From the sequence record OZ035795.1: a stretch of DNA of 64,000 nucleotides; one strand, 5' to 3'. Positions 21,093 through 31,336 of this stretch are shown here, piece after piece (position 1 is the first letter of the stretch; the number at the start of each line of letters is the position of its first letter). The notes beneath the pieces are model-generated. The model was not told the DNA's origin, ran no database searches, and worked only from the letters and a program-made list of their open reading frames with translations. This stretch comes from Krischvirus LF73P4. A program made the position numbers and the translations under genes.

Positions 21093-22179
21093 TGTCTCAA
21101 TAAAACTTTATCAGGATTATGAGGCATTTCTAAATCATCGCTTTATAGAATTGGGCGCTACCTTTGTTACAATGACTCTGCGTGATTCGATTCGTGGGGT
21201 GAACGAAGGATTGTTGCAATTCTATGATAATAAGGCGATGCATACAAAATTAAACGGGAGAGAGATCATTCAGATTTCGCTATCCACTGCTAATACAGAT
21301 GAAGTGTTTAACCGAATCTATGGGATCTCTCATAGTAATGTAACAATTGACCAAAAATCCGACAACATTTTAACATTCCAGTTAAAGAGCTATCATGAAA
21401 CACTAAACCTTAAATTTTCTCGCTCATTGACAAATAACGCTGTTAATAACGTAACTAGCATGATTGATGCCATCTATAAGGAAGTTCCTTTATGGAAACC
21501 TACTATAAAGGGTGATAACGTTGTTATTCCTCGTTGTCCGTGGGTTAGTACCATAAATGACTATATGGATTTTGTGAGGGCATACGGGCAAAGCGTAGAA
21601 ACCGAGTCTTTCGTGTATTGCTGGGAAGATTTTGATGGTATAACGATCGCTGGACACGATACAATATTAAAAAATGAGCCAATACCAGCTATAATCTGTG
21701 AGCCTAGACTCATGGGGCAGTTTATTGATATGTCGCCTAATCTGATGGTTTTTAATTTCGAGTGGCAGACTAAGAGTAATGCTAAAGTTAAAAATTCATT
21801 TAGAAATGTGACATACACAACTATTGATTTTGTTACTAAGCAGTATAATAAAATTGTTGTTGGTAATGGGGATAATATTGCACACTTTGCTCATGGTGGC
21901 GCTTATGGTAATTTAACTTATAAGAATGCGTTTTTGGAAGGTTCTAAACTTGCCACAATAGAACAATATGATTCATATGCTACCGCCGTGTGTCATGGTA
22001 ATTTTTCGTTGCGCCCTAGTATGGTTATTCGATTCTTTGATGAGAAGCAACAAGCACGCAATGATTTTATTGTTGACGAAGTGGTGCATGAAATTAGCCG
22101 AGAGCAATCATTAACTCACCTGTATATGATCGGTAACAGCGAAGAATTACAGGAAGTCAAATTTGAAGGTAAGATATAA
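21070..22179 (+). CDS. 27: baseplate hub protein gp27
   Basis: 369 aa; T4 order 51-27-28-29. Confidence 0.82.
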   Translation: MQRTGFPNVSIKLYQDYEAFLNHRFIELGATFVTMTLRDSIRGVNEGLLQFYDNKAMHTKLNGREIIQISLSTANTDEVFNRIYGISHSNVTIDQKSDNILTFQLKSYHETLNLKFSRSLTNNAVNNVTSMIDAIYKEVPLWKPTIKGDNVVIPRCPWVSTINDYMDFVRAYGQSVETESFVYCWEDFDGITIAGHDTILKNEPIPAIICEPRLMGQFIDMSPNLMVFNFEWQTKSNAKVKNSFRNVTYTTIDFVTKQYNKIVVGNGDNIAHFAHGGAYGNLTYKNAFLEGSKLATIEQYDSYATAVCHGNFSLRPSMVIRFFDEKQQARNDFIVDEVVHEISREQSLTHLYMIGNSEELQEVKFEGKI

Positions 22180-22697
22180 TGACAGAAACTAAACCTATGT
22201 TAAAATTTGTTGTTCCTGTAAAAAAAATAGAGATAAACGGGAAACATATCAAGATCCCAAAAATGGGGATTAAGCAACATCGATTATTAAAAGATGTTCG
22301 TAGCTGTGATGAAACATTAAAGATTCTTCTTGATTCAATCTGTCCTGGGTTAAACGCTGCCGAGTCTGAATTGGTTATGCTTAACCTTTGTGCGTTTAAT
22401 GGTAAGTGTCTGGAAGAAAAAGATGGTCTTAAGCTGTCTGATGTGTATATTTGTACAGAGACTGAATTTACTTTAAATGGTAAAGTCTTTAAATTTAAAA
22501 ATCCAATGTATACTTCTGACCCCATTATCGATGACGCTGATTTCTTGAGTCATCATTATCACGATCCTAGCGTAGACTTCCATGATTTCCCAGCTTTTAT
22601 TATGGATTGGGCTACAGGATTAAGAAAAACTATTGCACTGGATACACCGGAAGGTACTATCTATGGTGGAATTAACATATTGGATCGCCTATCATGA
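22179..22697 (+). CDS. 28: baseplate hub distal subunit gp28
   Basis: 172 aa; position. Confidence 0.8.
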   Translation: MTETKPMLKFVVPVKKIEINGKHIKIPKMGIKQHRLLKDVRSCDETLKILLDSICPGLNAAESELVMLNLCAFNGKCLEEKDGLKLSDVYICTETEFTLNGKVFKFKNPMYTSDPIIDDADFLSHHYHDPSVDFHDFPAFIMDWATGLRKTIALDTPEGTIYGGINILDRLS

Positions 22698-24427
22698 ATG
22701 ACGCATTAACATCATTTCGCGGGATGCGCAAGGAAGCGGAAGAAAACCCGATTGATAAACTTAACAAATTAGATAAACTTGATTCTATTGATAATTTGCA
22801 AGCCGCTACCGAATTGGTGGCGGAGACAGTAGAACAAAAATCTAATGAAGTTGTTGGTGCGGTAGAGGATAACACCGCAGCCAATGAATTGACGGCAGAG
22901 AATACCCAATCTACCGCTGGCAATACCCAAAAAACTTATGAAGAATTGCAAAAACTCAATAATTTCTCTTCTCAGATGAATGAGAAATTACGTGGTTTTG
23001 GTGTTATGATGGAACGTAGATTTGGTGTTGTCAGTAAAATGGCTAGCGGTATTGGTGCGATTGAAGAAGCACTGAAAAAACCGGAACAACCGCAAACAAT
23101 GCCATCACCTCAGCCAGTTTTGCCTACTGTACCGGAACAGCCTAATAATGACAACTATCAAGGTCTTCCAAAGAAAAAACCAGATGTTGAGGAACGGAAG
23201 AAAAAGAACGCCGCAGATAAGCGCAATGCGGATTCTATGGAAAATCTTCTTAAAGTTGTTCGTGGAGGATTTAAAGAAACAATAGGTATCTCTAATAAGG
23301 TCTTAGGGATGTTATTTAAGATCACCTTGACCGCTATGGCAGAAGCCGCAAAATGGGGCGCTATTTTGATGGGTATTGTTTTTGCCATTGATACCCTTAT
23401 GATTCATTTCAGATATTGGAGTGATTTATTCGAAACAAAATTTGATGAATTTATGGATAAAGCCGGAGAATGGGCTGGACCAATTAGTGATATTCTAACA
23501 ACTATTCGTCAAGTTCGAGATTATTGGTCTAAAGGTGAATATGGAGAATTAATTAAATCTCTTGTTATGGGTATTGGTGATGCATTCTATAAAACCTTTA
23601 TCCAACTTGATCGAATTATCACTACTGGTATTGCTAAAATTCTTCGCATGATCCCTGGTATGGGTGATTATGCCGATAAGTTAGAATATGGTGCTTTAAA
23701 ATCTGCTGTCGCTCAAGGTTATACGCCAAATGAAAGAGAACTCGAATTAATGGATAAGGTCGAGTCTGAACACGAAGAGGACAAATACGGGGAGCGTACT
23801 GGTTGGACCGGAAAAGCCCGTGATATTGGTGAGGCTATCGGTGACTCCATTAAAGATAAAGTTAACGAGGGTCTTGTTAGTCTGGGTTGGAGAGATCAAA
23901 AGGATGTTGACGCAGAGAAGCGACAAGAAGAATTAAAGCGCGGAGAATATGAGTCTGTTTCTGCTGAACAACGATCTGCTAGTCGTAAACTTAGAATTAA
24001 AAGTGAGGGCGCGATCAACAATATTAATGAAGTTATGGAGAATTTGAGCGGTGACTATGACAAAGAAAGAATGGGAGAGTTGAAAAAGGATATTGATGTT
24101 TACCGTGAGCAAGTTCAAGATCCTACATTAGTTGAAAGTGATCGTTCTCAGTTAGAGCGTCTTATTGAAAAATTTGATGAGATGTATGCTGATAAAACTA
24201 AGGGTGTTGTGCAAACACAGCCGGTTCCTGCAACTGAAACGGAAACAGCAAAACAAGCGGAACGTACTGAACAAATGCAGAAACAAGCTGCAATCCAGAA
24301 ACAAACGACAAATCAGACCTCAAACGTAAATAATACACAAATTGTAACAAACAATAGAACTATTAAACAGGGTGCACCAACAACTAGAATTGATGCCCCC
24401 GGTACAATTAATATGGGGAACTTTTAA
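22694..24427 (+). CDS. 29: tail length tape-measure / hub protein gp29
   Basis: 577 aa, coiled-coil-rich; position. Confidence 0.82.
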   Translation: MNDALTSFRGMRKEAEENPIDKLNKLDKLDSIDNLQAATELVAETVEQKSNEVVGAVEDNTAANELTAENTQSTAGNTQKTYEELQKLNNFSSQMNEKLRGFGVMMERRFGVVSKMASGIGAIEEALKKPEQPQTMPSPQPVLPTVPEQPNNDNYQGLPKKKPDVEERKKKNAADKRNADSMENLLKVVRGGFKETIGISNKVLGMLFKITLTAMAEAAKWGAILMGIVFAIDTLMIHFRYWSDLFETKFDEFMDKAGEWAGPISDILTTIRQVRDYWSKGEYGELIKSLVMGIGDAFYKTFIQLDRIITTGIAKILRMIPGMGDYADKLEYGALKSAVAQGYTPNERELELMDKVESEHEEDKYGERTGWTGKARDIGEAIGDSIKDKVNEGLVSLGWRDQKDVDAEKRQEELKRGEYESVSAEQRSASRKLRIKSEGAINNINEVMENLSGDYDKERMGELKKDIDVYREQVQDPTLVESDRSQLERLIEKFDEMYADKTKGVVQTQPVPATETETAKQAERTEQMQKQAAIQKQTTNQTSNVNNTQIVTNNRTIKQGAPTTRIDAPGTINMGNF

Positions 24428-25485
24428 TGAAAATTAGTGTTATCAATGATGCCGTTGATAGCTTTAAAGCGGGGGTTAAAACCTCCGCTGGTTTTACCTC
24501 AAAAAATAAAGGGAAAACATTAACCGCTCAATTCCCCGCTGAACGTGCTAGCGGTAATGATGCTAGCGGTTATTATATCAACGACTTATATAATAATGGT
24601 CTGTTATTCACTGCATACGATTACACCTCTCGAACTACTGGATCGCTGCGTGATTTCAGGAAAAAGAAAAATGTTGCTAGCGGTTTTGGTGGTAGCGTTA
24701 ATATCGCTGGTTTTGATTTAAATTTGGGTGGGAGAAATGCTGCATTTGACCGAGAGGCAATTGCTAATATTCTTCTTCCTCGTAGTCAATCTGACGTTGA
24801 CGCTGCCAGCCATAAGTTTAATGATGTTGGTGAATCTGTTATTTCTCGCGGCGGTGGTACTTTAGGCGGTGCTCTTTCTAATATGGCATCTACTGCCGTT
24901 TTTGGTGGTATCGAAAGTATTACTGGTGGATACCTTGCCGATCACGGTGAACAGATTTATAATACTGCGCGAAGCATGTATGCGGGTGCTGACGCACGAA
25001 CGAAAAACTACGTATGGCATCTAACCCCACGTAGTATTGAAGACCTTCGCAATATTCTGATCATATACGAAACGTTTTTAGAATTGTCTTATGGTTCTAG
25101 TGGTATTTCCAGCACCGCAAAAGAATTAAAAGCGGAAGTTGATGCGTGGTATAAAAATACACTATTGAGAAAATCCACCCCAGAGGAAGCGAAGAGAAAT
25201 GATACTCTGTTTGAAGGGATCACCGATTTTCTATCCAACGTAATTACTGTATCTAACCCGACAATATGGATGATCTCTAACTTCGGCAAGCGTACATCGT
25301 TTGAAGGGCGTAGCGATGCATTTGGTCCCGCTCAGATCTCAAGTGTACGTCTGGACAAGTCGCCTGATGGTAAGTTTAATGGCCTTGCTATTTCTCCTAA
25401 CTTGCCGAGTACCTTTGTTCTGGAAGTATCATTTAGAGAGATCTTGACACTTTCCCGTGGTACTATATTTGGGAGTGCGGCATAA
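24427..25485 (+). CDS. 48: baseplate tail-tube junction protein gp48
   Basis: 352 aa; position. Confidence 0.82.
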   Translation: MKISVINDAVDSFKAGVKTSAGFTSKNKGKTLTAQFPAERASGNDASGYYINDLYNNGLLFTAYDYTSRTTGSLRDFRKKKNVASGFGGSVNIAGFDLNLGGRNAAFDREAIANILLPRSQSDVDAASHKFNDVGESVISRGGGTLGGALSNMASTAVFGGIESITGGYLADHGEQIYNTARSMYAGADARTKNYVWHLTPRSIEDLRNILIIYETFLELSYGSSGISSTAKELKAEVDAWYKNTLLRKSTPEEAKRNDTLFEGITDFLSNVITVSNPTIWMISNFGKRTSFEGRSDAFGPAQISSVRLDKSPDGKFNGLAISPNLPSTFVLEVSFREILTLSRGTIFGSAA

Positions 25486-26417
25486 TGTTTGATTTAAATG
25501 ACTTTAACGAACAAGCCGCTAACCTTGACTTTCAGCGATCTAACTTATTCAGCGTGGCATTTGCCACCACTCCAAGTAATAAGACACAAGCGATCCTAGA
25601 AAGTATGGGCGGTGCGGTATATGATATTATACCAAATGCATTAAATGACTATTTCGGGATTACTCGTGGTGATTATACTGACGCATTAACAAATCTTGCT
25701 GTACAGGGTGTTAGGCGTGCTGTTGATTCATCTGGTGTCAAAAAGTATCTTTTAGGTGCAATGTCATCCCGCGTAGTTCAATCTCTTCTGGGGCAATTTG
25801 ATGTTGGTACATATGCGCTTGACTGGTTCAATATGGCATATAAGACAAGCGGTCTTCTGGTGTATGCTGTTAAGGTTCCAGAAAACAGATTGAATTATGA
25901 AATGGACCGTAACCACAATGCGCCAAACATTCGAATTACCGGACGTGATTTTGATCCGCTTGTATTGAGCTTTAGAATGGACTCTAGCGCATCAAACTAT
26001 AGAGCAATGCAGGATTGGGTTAACTCAGTAGAAGACCCCGTTACAGGGCTTCGTGCGCTTCCTGTTGACGTTGAAGCAGATATTCAGGTCAACTTACATA
26101 ACCGAATGGGAGTTCCTCACACGATCATGATGTTTAGTGGTTGTGTTCCTGTTGGTGTGAGTGCACCGGAATTAAACTATGAAAACAACAACGAAATCAC
26201 AACATTCGATGTTACTTTCGCATATCGTTCTATGCAAACTGGTGCTGTAGGAGAGCAAGCCGCGCGAGAATGGATTGAGGATAAGGCAATAAACGCAATA
26301 ACAAACACTTTCGGCAATAATTTACTTGATAGTGGGTTATCTGCTGCTGGTAATGCTTTATCGCGTCTAAATGGCGTTGGTGGGCGTGTGGTGAATACTG
26401 TCACTAACTGGTTCTGA
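25485..26417 (+). CDS. 54: baseplate tail-tube initiator gp54
   Basis: 310 aa; position; terminator downstream. Confidence 0.82.
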   Translation: MFDLNDFNEQAANLDFQRSNLFSVAFATTPSNKTQAILESMGGAVYDIIPNALNDYFGITRGDYTDALTNLAVQGVRRAVDSSGVKKYLLGAMSSRVVQSLLGQFDVGTYALDWFNMAYKTSGLLVYAVKVPENRLNYEMDRNHNAPNIRITGRDFDPLVLSFRMDSSASNYRAMQDWVNSVEDPVTGLRALPVDVEADIQVNLHNRMGVPHTIMMFSGCVPVGVSAPELNYENNNEITTFDVTFAYRSMQTGAVGEQAAREWIEDKAINAITNTFGNNLLDSGLSAAGNALSRLNGVGGRVVNTVTNWF

Positions 26418-26426
26418 TAAGCGAAA

Positions 26427-26456
26427 GGCGGGGATTGTCCCCCGCCTTTTTATTTT
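26427..26456 (+). terminator. rho-independent terminator after gene 54
   Basis: GGCGGGG-attgt-CCCCCGCC followed by TTTTT. Confidence 0.7.
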
Positions 26457-26935
26457 GCTAAATCATTGCAATATTTTAGTGCCTTAGTTTGAAATTCTGC
26501 GCTGTTAAGTTCTTCATAACGGTCATAATCACCGTTTAATGCTGCCTTTCTTGCTTCTTGCTCTATCTGCATGTCAGACATGATAATACAGCGATCCCGC
26601 GCTTTCATCTTCTCAAGTTGTATAGACTCTTCTTTCTGCTTGCGCAATTCTTCTTGACGCTTCTTTTCTTCTTGTGCTTTCTCTTCCCGCGCTTCTTTGA
26701 TTGCATCCTTGAACATCTGCGTTTGTGGTGCTAAACCAACTTTAACTCGATCTACGTCTCGACGTTCCATTTTAGAAATAAAGCATGATTCGATCTGATC
26801 ATCACTTGCATATGCTGTTTTACATTCACGAAGCAAGAAAACCGGATCTGATTTAGCATTCATCATAGCTTCCATGTTGGCACAACCAGTAAGCATGAAT
26901 GCAGCCGCAAGACCAATCAGTTTAATCATTTTCAT
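26450..26935 (-). CDS. predicted lipoprotein with charged coiled-coil
   Basis: N-terminus MKMIKLIGLAAAFMLTGC carries a lipobox (LTGC). Confidence 0.55.
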   Translation of the reverse strand: MKMIKLIGLAAAFMLTGCANMEAMMNAKSDPVFLLRECKTAYASDDQIESCFISKMERRDVDRVKVGLAPQTQMFKDAIKEAREEKAQEEKKRQEELRKQKEESIQLEKMKARDRCIIMSDMQIEQEARKAALNGDYDRYEELNSAEFQTKALKYCNDLAK

Positions 26936-27756
26936 TTAGTCACCTCACCGAAAATTGTAAATTGTCTACGATTCTCATCGCCGAAAGATTCTACTACGTC
27001 GTTTACCTTGACGCAAGTCCCGCGCGGTAAAATTACTTCACATTCGCAAGGATTCCATGCAATTGACCCAACAACAAAACCTTTATGATCTTTTACGTCA
27101 ATTACCCATGATACATTACAAGAATGTTGCATCTTTCCGGTCATTGATTCATATCGATTCTCACAATAAAGGCTAGTGCTGTTTGATAGCCATCCTCCAA
27201 AGATGATCGGTGTCATGCTGGTAGATACAAAGTTTTTAAAGGTAAACTCCTTATCTTCAATGATACGCTCTATTGTCTGAATGTCAAGATGTTGACCGCG
27301 ATAAAGAGTACCGTTTAACTTTTCGGTTTTATCCATGACGCAATCCATCAAATCGACAATCTCTGATATCTCATCGGTCATGTCTTCTTCCCCTAAGAGA
27401 GCACCATTTACCCATTCGTATTGTTCAGATACATAATCACAGATTGCATTATATTCTGCTGGTGTTATGTTGTTATGTTTGTAATGTTTGAATACATTAT
27501 CTCCAAAGTCTTCGGAGTGTACTTCATACATCACATTAATGATTTTCTTGACAAATCCATAATCTTGTGTCTCACGCTCAAGGAAGCGGATAACCTTCAC
27601 ATAATCATCAAAGTTAATCTGATCGCTGATCATCTCAGTGATCATGTAACCATTAATCCCCTCAATGTCATATGTTTCAATATAATTATCCATACGTTCC
27701 ATCATTGATTCGCGTGATTCTTCCGAAAGACGAAAATCCTGTAATTTCTTGAACAT
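26932..27756 (-). CDS. ADP-ribosyltransferase, Alt/Mod family paralog
   Basis: R-S-E triad motifs LYRGQ, FVSTS, CECEVILPRG; GGGAGG RBS. Confidence 0.75.
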   Translation of the reverse strand: MFKKLQDFRLSEESRESMMERMDNYIETYDIEGINGYMITEMISDQINFDDYVKVIRFLERETQDYGFVKKIINVMYEVHSEDFGDNVFKHYKHNNITPAEYNAICDYVSEQYEWVNGALLGEEDMTDEISEIVDLMDCVMDKTEKLNGTLYRGQHLDIQTIERIIEDKEFTFKNFVSTSMTPIIFGGWLSNSTSLYCENRYESMTGKMQHSCNVSWVIDVKDHKGFVVGSIAWNPCECEVILPRGTCVKVNDVVESFGDENRRQFTIFGEVTK

Positions 27757-27773
27757 TTTAAACCTCCCATATA

Positions 27774-27808
27774 ACAGAAAACGGGGCTAGTATAAAACTA
27801 GTCCCCGT
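27774..27808 (-). terminator. terminator after alt
   Basis: Stem ACGGGGCTAGT/ACTAGTCCCCGT; T-run on minus. Confidence 0.5.
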
Positions 27809-27834
27809 TTGAGTCAACCATTATTTCTTAAAAA

Positions 27835-29886
27835 TTACATTTTAAATTTATCTGGCATTGCGTCTACAGATACCAGATCAGCGATAAGCTGACGTAGAGT
27901 TGCCTTATCTGCTTTCTTACGTTCGGTTTTAGCTTCGCTAATGAAGCTGGAGAAAGACAGGTCAGAAGCAGGTTTAACAACACCTTCACGGATGAATGCA
28001 TCACCGTCCGCGATCATCTCGCCAGATTCTTGTAATGCTGCCAGTTCATTTTTGTTCATAATATGTGCCTCAATGTAATAAGTTTCTTGTGAATCCGTCG
28101 ATGCCGTAGCACGAGTTACCGTATCAAAGGATAACACAACACCGCGAGGAAGTAAAATCTCGCATTCTTTGTAAGCAAATGCTTTGTTACCTACTGGCAA
28201 TACAGGGATGTTTTCCGCGCCAGCAATGGAGAAAGCAACATTAGCGCCACCTTCACCACGAGAGCCAGCCATAGAATCAACACCAGCAACGGCACTAGCC
28301 ACGTTTGCATTCCAGCCGCCAAAAATGTTAGGTGCAAGGGAAGTGCTCACATAGTTTTTAAAGTAAAACGCTTTTTGCTTACGTGCAGTTTCCCACATTT
28401 GCGACCGGAAGTCCATACCACGATACAGAATAGTACCCGGATCAAGTTTAACGCCATAGTTGGAGAAGGCATTATCCAGTGCATCGCACATCTTGACCAA
28501 TTCTTCTGGATCTGAGATGCCTTCAAACTCTTCCAGCTTACGGTCGGTTAGGAAGTTGTTCATATTGATGTATGCTGCATCGGCATATTCGCTCAACACA
28601 AAACCTTCCGCGCCTGGCAGATCAAGATCAATATCTGCCATCATTTCACCCATGTTACTAGCAATTGCTTCAAACATACCGGAAGCAACATTACGTAGGG
28701 CATCGGTTTTAATCTGGGTGATATGACTACGCAGCATTTCAGCTTTTACATCTGCTGGCATAGACTGGTCTACTCGATCCATTGCTAGGGCGGTGATCTT
28801 GTTTTCGAATACTTCCTCGCTCATGATTTCTTTTAAGCGTTTGATTGATGCTGCGATAACTTCCGCAGACAACGGATCATATTGATCCTGAACTTTTACC
28901 AGTTCGCTTACTGCGTATTTTGCATCGGCTTCGCTTTCAAAAATAGTACGCATGAAACCATAGCGAGTGATAATATCACTTGTCCAGTCATTCAGAGAAC
29001 GGGCGGTTGAACGTTCTAAGGCTTGACGATCAATCAGAGTATTAAACTGTTTCTTAGGTTCTGCTTCGGTGATATCTTCTTCCGGTTTAAGATTAATTTT
29101 TTCTGGATGATTCACATAGTCGCTGTTATAGGTCGCTTGAGTTTTCAGCATTTCTTCTTTAGTCAAACGAGATTTAGCCGCTACGCGTTGTTCTGCTTCC
29201 GCGTTTCGTTCTTCTTCTGACACAAGACTAGCCGCATACGCCTCATCTTTAGTCAGAGATTCACCAGTAGCCTTAGATACCCAGCGATCACCTAAATCAC
29301 TTTCTACTTTAGTGAACAAGGATTCATCAAGTTTAATCCCTTTAATCTTATCAATCGCCATCCCGCGACGTTTGACAACAACTAAAGCGATCTTTTTGCT
29401 GGTCATTACTTCCTGCTGGAATACTTCAAACTTCGGTGTACGACGCACCAAACGCTCTATAACGCGCTTAACCAGTTCGGTCTTACCTTTCATGCGGGAT
29501 ACGTTAAAACGGAACATAACAGCGTCTAATTGCGCTTTACGGGCTGTTTCCATAACCACATCAAAAGCACTTGCCATAACTGCAATCGGGTTATCTCCTA
29601 GACCATTTTTAAGCTGTACAATACGACCGCTTTTGTTCATTTCGCACAGTACAACATGTGCGGTCTTGTCACCCATACGAATGATTTTAGGTGTTTTGTT
29701 GGTGAAGTTACAAAGACGGACAATCACATCTTTATCGCGTGTCTGTACTGCAAAAAGCTGTTTAGGATTCTGCTTAGGCTTTAAGCACTGTACCGGAGCA
29801 ATACTGCCAAAGTTTTCTTCCTCTTCCGTCAACAGCCATTTCTCGAAAGATTCAATCATTAGATCGTCGATTTCTAAGTTAAACAT
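27835..29886 (-). CDS. alt: Alt ADP-ribosyltransferase
   Basis: 683 aa (T4 Alt 682 aa); LYRGMDF, YVSTS, ECEILLPRG; follows gene 54 as in T4. Confidence 0.85.
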   Translation of the reverse strand: MFNLEIDDLMIESFEKWLLTEEEENFGSIAPVQCLKPKQNPKQLFAVQTRDKDVIVRLCNFTNKTPKIIRMGDKTAHVVLCEMNKSGRIVQLKNGLGDNPIAVMASAFDVVMETARKAQLDAVMFRFNVSRMKGKTELVKRVIERLVRRTPKFEVFQQEVMTSKKIALVVVKRRGMAIDKIKGIKLDESLFTKVESDLGDRWVSKATGESLTKDEAYAASLVSEEERNAEAEQRVAAKSRLTKEEMLKTQATYNSDYVNHPEKINLKPEEDITEAEPKKQFNTLIDRQALERSTARSLNDWTSDIITRYGFMRTIFESEADAKYAVSELVKVQDQYDPLSAEVIAASIKRLKEIMSEEVFENKITALAMDRVDQSMPADVKAEMLRSHITQIKTDALRNVASGMFEAIASNMGEMMADIDLDLPGAEGFVLSEYADAAYINMNNFLTDRKLEEFEGISDPEELVKMCDALDNAFSNYGVKLDPGTILYRGMDFRSQMWETARKQKAFYFKNYVSTSLAPNIFGGWNANVASAVAGVDSMAGSRGEGGANVAFSIAGAENIPVLPVGNKAFAYKECEILLPRGVVLSFDTVTRATASTDSQETYYIEAHIMNKNELAALQESGEMIADGDAFIREGVVKPASDLSFSSFISEAKTERKKADKATLRQLIADLVSVDAMPDKFKM

Positions 29887-29926
29887 TTTATATCCTCTAG
29901 TTGATAACCTATAAACCTATATTTAT

Positions 29927-29948
29927 GAAAAAGGGGCTTAACGCCCCC
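29927..29948 (-). terminator. rho-independent terminator
   Basis: GGGGC-ttaac-GCCCC with A-run on plus. Confidence 0.55.
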
Positions 29949-29953
29949 ATTTA

Positions 29954-30166
29954 TTATAATGCACCATCGAGCAATTGCTCTAAGGTGTATCCTGAATAGT
30001 CTTTTTCAATCAGGATATATTTTCCTACTCGTTTAATACAACCGCGCATTTCAACGTATTCTGCGTAGTTGATGGTGCGAGTTGTTCCATCTTCCAGTAA
30101 TGCAGTACCGATTTCGTTAATGCGGTCATAAGTTACGTCGGTAATGATGATTTCGATGTTAGCCAT
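29954..30166 (-). CDS. hypothetical protein
   Basis: 70 aa; PeSL cassette upstream, terminator downstream. Confidence 0.5.
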   Translation of the reverse strand: MANIEIIITDVTYDRINEIGTALLEDGTTRTINYAEYVEMRGCIKRVGKYILIEKDYSGYTLEQLLDGAL

Positions 30167-30240
30167 TTGATACTCCTTAGTAGTTCGTTTCGGTATGGGT
30201 GTATTATGATATACACCCTCTGTTATGTCAACAACTTTTA
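30167..30240 (-). promoter_or_regulatory. PeSL-type early promoter/stem-loop cassette
   Basis: Minus strand TTGACA-17-CATAAT; hairpin GGGTGTAT/ATACACCC over the -10; leader GGAG..ATG. Confidence 0.6.
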
Positions 30241-30417
30241 GAACATTTTTGAAATCAATTCTGCTTTGATTTCGCAGAGAACATCTAAAGATTTCTCGTC
30301 ACCTGCTTTTGCTGCTTCTGCTTGCATTTTTGAAATGGCTTCAATGTCGGTGCAATTATAAGCCGCTTGAACTTTAGCGATTGCGATGATTGCCGATTCG
30401 ATGGTTAAGTGTTTCAT
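30238..30417 (-). CDS. small hypothetical protein
   Basis: 59 aa, manually translated; PeSL cassette and conserved leader upstream. Confidence 0.4.
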   Translation of the reverse strand: MKHLTIESAIIAIAKVQAAYNCTDIEAISKMQAEAAKAGDEKSLDVLCEIKAELISKMF

Positions 30418-30486
30418 GTTTGATTCCCCTTTCGTTTCGGTATGTGTGTATTATAGGGGATCACCGATCCCCCTGTCAACAACTTT
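30418..30486 (-). promoter_or_regulatory. PeSL-type early promoter/stem-loop cassette
   Basis: TTGACA, spacer palindrome GGGGGATCGGTGATCCCC, TATAAT. Confidence 0.6.
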
Positions 30487-31005
30487 TTAGTTATTTTTTA
30501 ATTGCTCATCTTGCAATAGGGCAATCACATGCTGGCGATGTTCTTCCGATTGAGGCACACCGAAAAAGTTTGTTTTGTAGAAATACTCTAATCGGTCTTC
30601 TCGTGTGCTCTCTTCCATCATGATCGCGGGTAGTCCGAGATTTCGGAAACGTCGCTTTTCTGCTGGCGTAAAATCACTGTAATACAACATAGAATCATCA
30701 TTACCAGCAATGCTAAACTCATCCTTCATAAAGGAGAATATTGCGTTTAAACGCTGTTTACCGTCCACGATTTCGATCTCATAGCGAGAGCCATCATCAA
30801 TCTTAGCCATTGCGATAGCACCAACCGGAAAATCATTAATCAGGTTTTCGATAAACATACGTTTGTTTTCGGTGTCCCATACCAAAGGACGCTGATAATC
30901 TGGGTTCATGTTGATATAGCCATCTTCTAACCATGCTTCGTAAACAGAGATGACAAAGTTTTTAGTATTGGTATAGTAACGGCGTTTAGGCGTTAAACGG
31001 TTCAT
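30487..31005 (-). CDS. DUF262 / ParB-like nuclease-domain protein
   Basis: DYQRPLVWD and VDGKQRL motifs; start set at ATG after AGGAG, 1 nt from the upstream stop. Confidence 0.6.
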   Translation of the reverse strand: MNRLTPKRRYYTNTKNFVISVYEAWLEDGYINMNPDYQRPLVWDTENKRMFIENLINDFPVGAIAMAKIDDGSRYEIEIVDGKQRLNAIFSFMKDEFSIAGNDDSMLYYSDFTPAEKRRFRNLGLPAIMMEESTREDRLEYFYKTNFFGVPQSEEHRQHVIALLQDEQLKNN

Positions 31006-31006
31006 G

Positions 31007-31336
31007 TTATAGTCTCCTGAATGGATCATCACGTAAATCAATATCTTTTAAGAACTCATCCCATGAATGGCGGATATTGTTCTTAATTCTCCAGATAAGC
31101 GCAGGGATTGAACGCTCTCCCATCTGGAAGTATGGATCATATGATCCGTATGCCCAATATGCTACTACAATTCCACAATCAGCGCAATAGTATTCTATTT
31201 CACTTGCTGGCGACCAAAGTCCATCAATATGATCGGTGATCTTGCTTTCGATGTTATGGCTATGACAATCAGGGCAACGGATGCAATGACCTTGTTTATC
31301 GTAATTTGACGTTAGCGAATACTTAAACAATCTCAT
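31007..31336 (-). CDS. zinc-ribbon protein
   Basis: CIRCPDC..CADC cysteine pairs; overlaps neighbours in an operon. Confidence 0.5.
   Translation of the reverse strand: MRLFKYSLTSNYDKQGHCIRCPDCHSHNIESKITDHIDGLWSPASEIEYYCADCGIVVAYWAYGSYDPYFQMGERSIPALIWRIKNNIRHSWDEFLKDIDLRDDPFRRL

Noticed and set aside
28460-29914. Plus-strand ORFs of 88, 65 and 200 aa
   Set aside because: All lie within alt on the opposite strand.
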